Origin: Acidimicrobiia bacterium
GTDB taxonomy: Bacteria; Actinomycetota; Acidimicrobiia; Spongiisociales; ZC4RG35
NCBI GenBank assembly: GCA_041747375.1
Contig: JBGTFH010000057.1
Location: 8,417 to 72,416, forward strand
Direction: 5' to 3'
DNA: 64,000 bases
The notes beneath the pieces are model-generated. The model was not told where the DNA came from. It saw nothing but the letters and a program-made list of their open reading frames with translations, and ran no database searches. Below are positions 56,735 to 64,000 of this stretch, in pieces; position 1 is the first letter of the stretch, and the number at the start of each line of letters is the position of its first letter. A program made the translations under genes and the position numbers.

Positions 56735-57352
56735 TCAGGCACCGGGGTTCTCGGTGGACGGTTTCTGGCTTGCAGCGCTCTCCGGCATCGCCTCGACATC
56801 GACCTTGCCCGGCCATGGTTTGACCTCACGGCTGAGGAGAGGGAAACCCTTGAGAAGGGGATGGCCCTCGAATGCATCGGGTAGGTAGAGGGCTCCCGGA
56901 TCGGGGTGACCCACGAAGCTGATCCCGAACATCTCCGCCGCCTCCCGTTCATGCCAGTTGGCGCCTGCATAGACGGCGACCAGTGAAGGAGCGGACGGAT
57001 CGAGGGTGGGCAGTTTGGTGCTGAAGGTCACCCGGCGTCCCTCATTCAGGTCGGAGACAGTGGTGATCAACTCGATACGCTCTTCGACATCTCCATCTGT
57101 CAGCGGATCACCCACTGCAACATCGTTGGTCCAGTGAATCGCAGAGAGAAAAGAGAAAAAAACCAGGTCGAGTTGATCTCGAGCAACAGTATGGGCTTCG
57201 ACCCAACCCCCCGGATCGACCGTCACCTTCACCGTGTCGAAGACGACCTCGCCCGTTCCCCCCACGGCCTCCGCCACTGCGTCGGCGTAACCCTGAAGGG
57301 GGTGGGGGCCTCGAGTTTCGATGGATTCGGTATCGGTCGGGCTCGAAGTCAC
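56735..57352 (-). CDS. nuoC: NADH-quinone oxidoreductase subunit C
   Basis: 205-aa ORF with GANWHEREAAEMFGISFVGHPD. Confidence 0.9.
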   Translation of the reverse strand: MTSSPTDTESIETRGPHPLQGYADAVAEAVGGTGEVVFDTVKVTVDPGGWVEAHTVARDQLDLVFFSFLSAIHWTNDVAVGDPLTDGDVEERIELITTVSDLNEGRRVTFSTKLPTLDPSAPSLVAVYAGANWHEREAAEMFGISFVGHPDPGALYLPDAFEGHPLLKGFPLLSREVKPWPGKVDVEAMPESAASQKPSTENPGA

Positions 57353-57364
57353 GCTATTTCCACC

Positions 57365-57862
57365 TCAGACGGGTTCCAGGTCGCGCTGATTCCACTTTTC
57401 CTTGATGTTTTCGCCCTGGATCTTTTGCTGGAGGAGAACGATTCCCTCCATCAGGGCCTCGGGGCGCGGAGGGCACCCGGGCACGTACACGTCGACCGGA
57501 ATCACCTGGTCGACACCCTTCGTTACCGAATAGGAGTCCCAATACGGCCCGCCGCAATTAGCGCAGGAACCCATCGAAATGACATATTTCGGCTCAGGCA
57601 TCTGGTCATAGAGGCGGCGGACCGATGGAGCCATCTTATCGGTGACGGTTCCGGCAACAACCATCAGATCAGCCTGACGCGGCGATGCGGGGAGAGGGAT
57701 GATTCCGAAGCGCATGAAATCGAAGCGGGGGCCGGAAGCTGCCATCAATTCGATTGCACAACAGGCGAGCCCAAATTGGAAGAGCCAGAGCGAATACTTT
57801 CGTGACCAGTTGAGAAGCCAGGTGACCGGCTTGGGCATCCCGAATTGTTGGGCTACTCCCAC
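57365..57862 (-). CDS. nuoB: NADH-quinone oxidoreductase subunit B
   Basis: Cluster N2 motifs [25 protein letters not shown]. Start set at the GTG at 57862, preceded by AAAGGGGG. An alternative ATG is at 57838. The longer listed ORF overlaps nuoA. Confidence 0.85.
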   Translation of the reverse strand: MGVAQQFGMPKPVTWLLNWSRKYSLWLFQFGLACCAIELMAASGPRFDFMRFGIIPLPASPRQADLMVVAGTVTDKMAPSVRRLYDQMPEPKYVISMGSCANCGGPYWDSYSVTKGVDQVIPVDVYVPGCPPRPEALMEGIVLLQQKIQGENIKEKWNQRDLEPV

Positions 57863-58218
57863 CGGAGCACCCCCTTTCTGACCGCATAAACGAGGCCGAG
57901 CAAAAGAATGAGTATGAAAATCACCATCTCCACCAGGCCGAAGACACCCAGGCTCTCGAGTTGGATTGCCCATGGGAAGATGAAAACGGCTTCGACGTCG
58001 AAAATCACGAACATCAGGCCAAAAACGTAATAGCGGACGTACGACTGGCTCCACCCGGACCCGACCGGATCGACACCACACTCGTATGTGCGGTTCTTCA
58101 TCTCCGACGGATTGCTGGGACGGAGCACCGAAGCGACACCCAGCATCCCCAGAACGAGTACCGCCCCGAGGGCGGCAAACGTTCCGACTGTCAAATAACT
58201 TTCAAAGTATGAGCTCAT
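57853..58218 (-). CDS. nuoA: NADH-quinone oxidoreductase subunit A
   Basis: 121-aa ORF with YECGVDP and [15 protein letters not shown]. Confidence 0.9.
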   Translation of the reverse strand: MSSYFESYLTVGTFAALGAVLVLGMLGVASVLRPSNPSEMKNRTYECGVDPVGSGWSQSYVRYYVFGLMFVIFDVEAVFIFPWAIQLESLGVFGLVEMVIFILILLLGLVYAVRKGVLRWE

Positions 58219-58283
58219 CCGTTGTTCATGCTCGACTGCGACCGGCGCCGAGTATACGCATGAGGTGACTTAGGTCGAAGTCA

Positions 58284-58312
58284 AGATTCTCTAACAAAGA
58301 TAAGGAGAATCT
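58284..58312. promoter_or_regulatory. 8-bp inverted repeat in an AT-rich divergent promoter region
   Basis: AGATTCTC-N13-GAGAATCT between the nuoA start (58218) and the + strand gene start (58337). Confidence 0.3.
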
Positions 58313-58336
58313 AGCTCAGGTCTACTCTGTGCCTCG

Positions 58337-59419
58337 ATGATGGTTCCACCTTCCTATGACGCGGTCGGTTTGGTCAATCTGATGTCGGAGATCGAATTTC
58401 GCCTCACCGGACAGACGGAGTCGGCCCGTCTCACCCCCGCTGTTGCCGATCTCCTGCCCGAAGGCAACTCCATTGTCCTGATTCTCTTTGACGGACTCGG
58501 AGTGTCTCAAACAGCTCACCCCTCTGCGGTCTCGTTCCAGAAGTCGATGAAGGGCACGCTCGAATCCGGGTTTCCATCCACCACGAGTACCTCGCTCGCA
58601 ACCGTCGCGACCGGCCTCGCTCCCGGAGGCCACGGAATCGTGTCCCACCTCATGTGGATGCCGGAGCACAAGAGAATCGTCAATACCCTGAAATGGGTCG
58701 ACCTGACCGGGGCACCGGTGGACCATGACTATGCGAGCTTGCTGCCCGAGCCCAACCTCTGGGAGCGCATCCGGGCCTCCGGTATCGAACCGATCACCGT
58801 GCAACCCGGAGACTTTGAAAACAGCCCCCTGACCCGAATGCTCTACCGTGGTGCCCGGTTCGAGGGGATCTGGGGCATCGAAGACCTGATCGAAGCCACG
58901 GTCTCGCTCGCCGCCGAGCCCGGTCGATTCATATTCACATACGTTCCCCATGTCGATTATGCCGGGCATGTCTTCGGACTCACGTCACCGGAATTCAGCG
59001 AGGCAATAGGTGTGGCCTCCCGGATCTGGGATGAGATTCATCGTCGGCTCCCTGCAGGGGTCGCCCTGCTCGGGACCGCCGACCACGGGTTGATCGACTA
59101 TGCCGAAGACGACAAGGTGCTCATCCGCGACGCCCGATTCGACACGCTCCGGATGGGTGGGGACAGCCGTGGAGTCCAGGTGTGGTCGACGAGCGACACC
59201 GCCGGTTCCCTGGCTGCGACGACAGGTGGCGAACTGGTGGCACCGGAATCACTGATCGGCCCGAAAGTCAGCGCAAGGGCACTGGAGAGACTACCTCCCA
59301 ACCTCTTGCTGGCGCCCGGGGGCAAGGTGCTCCTGCCCCGCGGTTTCGACAAGCGACTTCGTGCTTATCACGGAGGTCTGGCGCCCGGGGAATTGCTGAT
59401 ACCACTACTTATGCGTTGA
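58337..59419 (+). CDS. alkaline phosphatase superfamily protein (nucleotide pyrophosphatase/phosphodiesterase-like)
   Basis: 360-aa ORF with ILFDGLGVSQ, GFPSTTSTSLATVATG, PHVDYAGHVFG, GTADHG metal-site motifs. Confidence 0.7.
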   Translation: MMVPPSYDAVGLVNLMSEIEFRLTGQTESARLTPAVADLLPEGNSIVLILFDGLGVSQTAHPSAVSFQKSMKGTLESGFPSTTSTSLATVATGLAPGGHGIVSHLMWMPEHKRIVNTLKWVDLTGAPVDHDYASLLPEPNLWERIRASGIEPITVQPGDFENSPLTRMLYRGARFEGIWGIEDLIEATVSLAAEPGRFIFTYVPHVDYAGHVFGLTSPEFSEAIGVASRIWDEIHRRLPAGVALLGTADHGLIDYAEDDKVLIRDARFDTLRMGGDSRGVQVWSTSDTAGSLAATTGGELVAPESLIGPKVSARALERLPPNLLLAPGGKVLLPRGFDKRLRAYHGGLAPGELLIPLLMR

Positions 59420-59525
59420 TGAGTCCGCCGGCCCCGACTGTCCGACGGCCCCCCGAAAATTTGTGGAGGGAAAATGCCCCAGATCACAATTTGCACTACA
59501 GCCGTAGTGCTAATAGATTCACCAA

Positions 59526-59545
59526 GTCGTTAGGTAGCTAACGAC
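59526..59545. promoter_or_regulatory. perfect palindrome just upstream of the iron ABC transporter genes (possible metalloregulator operator)
   Basis: GTCGTTAG-GTAG-CTAACGAC, 13 nt before the ATG at 59559. The TTAGGTA/CTAAC parts resemble DtxR/IdeR iron-box half-site cores, but the full 19-bp consensus is not matched. Confidence 0.3.
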
Positions 59546-59558
59546 CAACTGACTCGAC

Positions 59559-60563
59559 ATGGGAGCACCCTTGAAACGCACCACCATCCTTGCCCTCGCC
59601 ACTCTCACTTTGTTGTCGGCTTGTGGCAGCGGCGATACCGACTCCGACGCACCACTGGTCATCTACTCGGGACGCTCTGAAGAACTGGTCGAACCATTGA
59701 TCGAAGAGTTCGAGGCTGAAACAGGAATCAGCGTCGAGGTTCGCTACAGCGGTTCGACGGAACTCGCCGCCACCTTGCTCGCCGAGGGAGAAGGGACCGA
59801 CGCCGACGTGTTCTTCGCGCAAGACCCCGCCTCGATAGGAGCGGTGAGGCAACTGTTGTCGACGTTGCCCGATTCAACGCTCGATCGGGTCGACGCCAGG
59901 TTCAACGACAGCGACGGGAAGTGGGTGGGTGCTTCGGGACGGGTCCGGGTATTCGTGTACAACAAAGGCACAACCAGCGAACTGCCGGAGACAATTGACG
60001 ATGTCGTCGAAAACCCGGAATGGGTTGCCCAGTTGGGTGTTGCCCCCACCAACGGCTCGTTCCTCGCCTTCGTGTCCGCAATGATCGTCGAGAGGGGTGA
60101 GGCCGCGACACTCGAGTGGTTGGAGAAGCTCGCCGCGGCCCAACCAACATCGTTCGAGGGCAACAGCCCCATCGTGACGGCCGTCAACGCCGGTGAGATA
60201 GAAGCAGGCCTGGTCAACCACTACTACCTCCTCCGTCTCCGGGCCGAGGGGTCGGGCGAGGACGCGGAGAACTGGTTCATTCCGGCTGGTGATGTGGGGA
60301 CGCTGGTGATGCCGGCCGGCGTCGGGATACTTGCTGGCACCGATCGGCCGCAAGCTGCCCAGCAGTTCGTCGACTTTCTTCTCTCCGATTCCTCCCAGCA
60401 GTTCTTCGTGGACGACACTTTCGAGTATTCCCTTACCGGAGTCGCCGCTAACCCGCAGCTACCACCTCTCGACAAAATCAATTCGCCCGACATCGACCTG
60501 TCCGAACTTGCGGACAACCTCGACACGGCAACGCGTCTGGTGAGCGAAGCCGGCCTGGTGTGA
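59559..60563 (+). CDS. Fe(III)-type ABC transporter substrate-binding lipoprotein
   Basis: 334-aa ORF with lipobox LLSACGS and family-1 solute-binding pattern (VIYSGRSEELVEPLIEEFEAETGI). Confidence 0.8.
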   Translation: MGAPLKRTTILALATLTLLSACGSGDTDSDAPLVIYSGRSEELVEPLIEEFEAETGISVEVRYSGSTELAATLLAEGEGTDADVFFAQDPASIGAVRQLLSTLPDSTLDRVDARFNDSDGKWVGASGRVRVFVYNKGTTSELPETIDDVVENPEWVAQLGVAPTNGSFLAFVSAMIVERGEAATLEWLEKLAAAQPTSFEGNSPIVTAVNAGEIEAGLVNHYYLLRLRAEGSGEDAENWFIPAGDVGTLVMPAGVGILAGTDRPQAAQQFVDFLLSDSSQQFFVDDTFEYSLTGVAANPQLPPLDKINSPDIDLSELADNLDTATRLVSEAGLV

Positions 60564-60564
60564 T

Positions 60565-62145
60565 GTGACCGCTGCCCCGCCGGTCATCCGGGAGCGTGGG
60601 CCGACGCGCTCCCTGTCGGCGGGATGGTGGATTGCAGCCGGCCTGGCTCTGATTCCGGCCCTGATTCCCCCGGTGAGCCTGCTCGTCCAGGTACTCGGCG
60701 GGAATTCGGATGTCGTGCTGCCCGCATCGCGGCTCTTGCAGCTATTCGTCAATACTCTGCTGCTGACAGTGGCGGTGACTGTCACCGCGGTTGGGATCGG
60801 TACCACCACGGCCTGGCTCACGATGAGGACGAATATCCCATTCCGACGTGGCTGGATGATCCTCGCCGCCATACCCCTGGTCATTCCCTCCTATGTTGCA
60901 GCCCTATCCATCATTGGTGCAACCGGGGCCGACGGGCTGATCCACGCCCTCACCGGTTGGACAGTTGCCACGCCCTACGGCTTCGTCGGGGCATGGCTGG
61001 CACTGGGTGTTTTCCTGGCTCCCATGGCCCACCTCATCATCGCCCCCGGGCTCAGTTTGATCGATCCGGCCACGGAAGAAGCAGCCATCGGGCTCGGCTC
61101 ATCGAGGATTCGATCATTCTTCACCATCACCATCCCGCAACTTCGTCCGGCGATCGTCTCCGCGGGACTGATGGTCGGGCTGTACACCATTTCAGACTTC
61201 GGAGCCGTGTCACTTCTCAGGTACGACACCTTCACCCGGGCGATATTCACCCTATATCAAGGTCAGATCGATCGCGGTCCCGCCCAAACTCTTTCAGCCA
61301 TTCTCATGGTCCTGGCACTAGCAATCCTTTTTGCGGAACGCCGCACCCGCGGCCGTGCCAAATATCACAGCACCAGGCCAAGAAGGCAACGAGCATTGGT
61401 TCGACTCTCGGGGCGGGCCAAGGGTGTGGTCCTGAGCTTCCTCTCGACATATGCGCTGGTGAGCCTGGTGCTTCCGGTGTCGGTGCTTCTCTTCTGGATG
61501 CTCCGGGGGATGGGTGCAGGTCAGGATCTACCCGGGATCTGGGCCGAAGCGACGAGGACACTCAGTGTCTCGGTGACCGCCGCGGCGATCGCTGCGATAG
61601 CAGCGATTCCCCTAGCCATGGTCACCGCACGCCAGTGGTCGAAACGCGCCAGCTTTGTCGAGTCTTCCGTCTGGGCTACATACTCGCTCCCCCACATAAC
61701 GGTGGGAGTAGCGACTGTCGGATTTGCCCTCACCTGGGCCCGGCCTCTTTATCAAACGGTTGTCTTGTTGATGGCCACCTATGTCGCCATGTTCCTGGCC
61801 CAGGCGATGAGCAGCACCCAGGACTCAATCCGCCGTCTCAACCCGAATCTCGAGGATGCCTCCCGTGGAATGGGGAAGAGCCAACTCCAGACGTTGATCC
61901 GGGTGACGCTCCCGATGATCGGCCCGGGAATGCTGGCAGGGGCAGCCCTTGTGTTCATCGGGGTGGTCAAGGAGCTCCCCGCAACTTTGCTGCTGAGACC
62001 AAACGGATTCGAGACTCTCGCTGTCAGGATCTGGAGCGCCACCAGTGAGGGTTTCCTGACACGGGCAAGCTTTTCCAGCCTTATCCTCATCGCCATATCG
62101 ATCATCCCCATCTTCCTGGTGACTACACGTGACCTCAGCAACTGA
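60565..62145 (+). CDS. iron ABC transporter permease (duplicated permease domains)
   Basis: 526-aa polytopic ORF, two tandem permease halves as in FbpB-type proteins. Confidence 0.8.
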   Translation: MTAAPPVIRERGPTRSLSAGWWIAAGLALIPALIPPVSLLVQVLGGNSDVVLPASRLLQLFVNTLLLTVAVTVTAVGIGTTTAWLTMRTNIPFRRGWMILAAIPLVIPSYVAALSIIGATGADGLIHALTGWTVATPYGFVGAWLALGVFLAPMAHLIIAPGLSLIDPATEEAAIGLGSSRIRSFFTITIPQLRPAIVSAGLMVGLYTISDFGAVSLLRYDTFTRAIFTLYQGQIDRGPAQTLSAILMVLALAILFAERRTRGRAKYHSTRPRRQRALVRLSGRAKGVVLSFLSTYALVSLVLPVSVLLFWMLRGMGAGQDLPGIWAEATRTLSVSVTAAAIAAIAAIPLAMVTARQWSKRASFVESSVWATYSLPHITVGVATVGFALTWARPLYQTVVLLMATYVAMFLAQAMSSTQDSIRRLNPNLEDASRGMGKSQLQTLIRVTLPMIGPGMLAGAALVFIGVVKELPATLLLRPNGFETLAVRIWSATSEGFLTRASFSSLILIAISIIPIFLVTTRDLSN

Positions 62146-63148
62146 CAGACTCGCCATTCGGGCGCGCGACTTGACCAGGACTTTTGACGGTGCCGTCGCA
62201 CTCGACGGATTCAGTCTCGATGTCTGGGAAGGGACCGTCGTGACGTTGCTCGGGCCGTCCGGGTGTGGCAAAACCACCGCCCTTCGGGTCATCGCAGGCT
62301 TCGAGCGGGCCCACGGAACGGTGGAGGTGCACGGGCGGACAGTCCTGGATGCCTCAACGTTTGTGACACCGGACAAGAGGAAAGTGGGGATGGTGTTCCA
62401 GGACTCCGCACTCTTTCCCCACATGACCGTCCGGAAGAACATCTCGTACGGATTGGCCAAAGGTACCGAGCAACATCGAATCGACGAGGTCGTCGACCTA
62501 GTCGGGCTCCACGGGCTCGGCGATCGTATGCCGAACGAGCTATCCGGCGGGCAACAACAGAGGGTCGCCCTCGCCCGGGCTCTCGCCCCCAGGCCTGAAG
62601 TGATCCTGCTCGACGAGCCATTTTCCAATCTCGACGCGGCGTTGAGGGAACGGGTGCGGCGGGAACTCAGGGTCATTCTCGCCGAGGCCCGAACAACTGC
62701 GGTTTTCGTCACCCACGACCAGGAAGAAGCCCTTGCCGGCTCCGACATCGTCGCAGTGATGAGAGACGGGAAAGTGATCCAGGCCGACACACCGAGCCAC
62801 CTTTACGCCCATCCCGTCGACGAATGGGTGGCCACTTTCCTCGGGGATGCCGATGTCGTCGAGGCAACGGCCACCAATGGGCATGCCGACACCGCTCTCG
62901 GCCGGTTCGAGACCGCCTTAACCGGATCCGTTGCCGTAATGATCCGCCCGGAGGATGTCCAACTCTCTGTCGGAGAGGCGCCTAACGCAACGGTCGCCCA
63001 AATCGAGTTCTTCGGCCATGACCAGTTGATCACCGTTGCCATGGAGGATGGTGCCCGGGTACGTTCGCGAATTGGGTCCCGGCCCGAATACAGGATCGGT
63101 CAGCGTTGTCGGGTCCGCGCGATAAGTGCTCTCGTCTATCCGCGTTGA
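62129..63148 (+). CDS. ABC transporter ATP-binding protein
   Basis: 339-aa ORF with Walker A GPSGCGKTT, signature LSGGQQQRVALARAL, Walker B ILLDEPFSNLD. 17-nt overlap with the permease. Confidence 0.9.
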   Translation: MTSATDRLAIRARDLTRTFDGAVALDGFSLDVWEGTVVTLLGPSGCGKTTALRVIAGFERAHGTVEVHGRTVLDASTFVTPDKRKVGMVFQDSALFPHMTVRKNISYGLAKGTEQHRIDEVVDLVGLHGLGDRMPNELSGGQQQRVALARALAPRPEVILLDEPFSNLDAALRERVRRELRVILAEARTTAVFVTHDQEEALAGSDIVAVMRDGKVIQADTPSHLYAHPVDEWVATFLGDADVVEATATNGHADTALGRFETALTGSVAVMIRPEDVQLSVGEAPNATVAQIEFFGHDQLITVAMEDGARVRSRIGSRPEYRIGQRCRVRAISALVYPR

Positions 63149-63187
63149 AGGGAAGCGACCTGTGTTCGGTACCATCGCCGGCATCTG

Positions 63188-63910
63188 ATGGAAGCAATTG
63201 TCTCGTTGATCGCTGCCCTGGCCGCCACCTTCTTCGCGATCGATCTATTTCGCGACTACTCGAGCAAACCCCGACCACACGTTGCGGCGTACGGGACCGG
63301 CATTTCGATGTTCGCCATCGCCACCTGGGCCTTGTTCTTCGGGCTCACTTTTGTTTGGAACGGACCGGTGTACCGGACTTTCTTCTTGCTGGGCGCCATC
63401 CTCAACATCCCTGTTCTGGCGATCGGTTCGATGTTTCTGGTGGTCGGTCGCAAGTCCGGCCATATCGCGACAATCGCCGTCGGCGCCCTCGCCGCGATTT
63501 CGACCACGCTGACCCTGACCGTCCCATTTGAGAACCCGCTACCGGGTCATGGGATACCGGTTGATATCTTCCCCCTCGGTTTCAGCCCGCGACTGTTCGC
63601 GATCATCGGTGGTGCCCTCGGGTCGACCGTCCTCATCACGCTGTCTCTGGTCAGTGTGATCCGGTTTTGGAACAAGAACCGGTCGATCGTGTGGGGCAAT
63701 GCCCTCATTTTGCTCGGTGTGTTCGCCGCCGCCTGGCGTGGGACCGGTCTTGCCCTCGGGGATGGGGGTGGCTTCGCCTTCTCCCTGTTACTGGCGGTCA
63801 GCTTGATCTGGGCCGGATACAAGGTCGCTTCGGGAAAGAGACACGGCCCACCAGCACAGGACCCCGAAGCCGACAGCGAGAGTCGTGTGGACCAACTTGA
63901 ACTGGATTGA
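63188..63910 (+). CDS. hypothetical polytopic membrane protein
   Basis: 240-aa ORF with about 6-7 hydrophobic helices and an acidic C-terminal tail. No motif recognised. Confidence 0.55.
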   Translation: MEAIVSLIAALAATFFAIDLFRDYSSKPRPHVAAYGTGISMFAIATWALFFGLTFVWNGPVYRTFFLLGAILNIPVLAIGSMFLVVGRKSGHIATIAVGALAAISTTLTLTVPFENPLPGHGIPVDIFPLGFSPRLFAIIGGALGSTVLITLSLVSVIRFWNKNRSIVWGNALILLGVFAAAWRGTGLALGDGGGFAFSLLLAVSLIWAGYKVASGKRHGPPAQDPEADSESRVDQLELD

Positions 63911-64000
63911 CCCTCCGTCCGTCCAATTGACCACCATCGACCGGGTCCAGATGACCAGCGACCATCCGACGAAGAGATAGAGCGCCGGCTTAGTGATTCG

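Noticed and set aside
63911-64000. Possible minus-strand membrane-protein ORF entering from the right edge. A 12-codon minus-strand ORF start near position 37 at the left edge was also considered
   Set aside because: Too little sequence is in the window to support either call.

Overview
GC-rich, tightly packed bacterial chromosome segment. About 64 protein genes are supported, many translationally coupled by 1-nt or 4-nt stop/start overlaps (ATGA, GTGA, TTGA, TGATG). The gene content suggests Actinomycetota; this is inference only. It rests on a mycothiol-family MDMPI/DinB-like enzyme, an LCP ligase, GuaB3, and pcrA(uvrD1)-sucCD ... purN-purH synteny as in mycobacteria.

The window is almost entirely core metabolism:
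- icd, folD-purH-purN
- a rhodanese / persulfide-dioxygenase module
- dinB
- a tryptophan-to-anthranilate (kynA-kynU) cluster flanked by acyl-CoA enzymes
- hutH-hutI, LemA-DUF2207, sucCD
- a VapBC toxin-antitoxin pair
- tal, pcrA
- an orphan CheA-receiver hybrid kinase plus a sensor-less histidine kinase
- guaA, guaB3, trpS
- an 11-gene nuo operon (nuoABCDHIJKLMN, no nuoEFG)
- an Fe(III)-type ABC transporter

I recognise no rRNA, tRNA, CRISPR array, IS element, integrase or prophage, and no convincing defence island or clearly novel multi-gene system. The signals most worth a second look are non-coding:
- A modular GC-rich hairpin repeat sits in two spacers of the nuo operon. Its sequence differences keep the stem paired in the mRNA sense.
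- A duplicated 47-nt structured element lies downstream of LemA-DUF2207.
- Four strong hairpins fill the spacer between the two kinases.
- A possible Trp-codon leader plus terminator/antiterminator lies in front of trpS.

Unusual proteins include a Mo-oxidoreductase/pentapeptide fusion, a ParB/Srx-fold protein next to kynU, and an N-terminally short ECF-like sigma factor. All functional calls come from motif recognition by eye. No database search was run.
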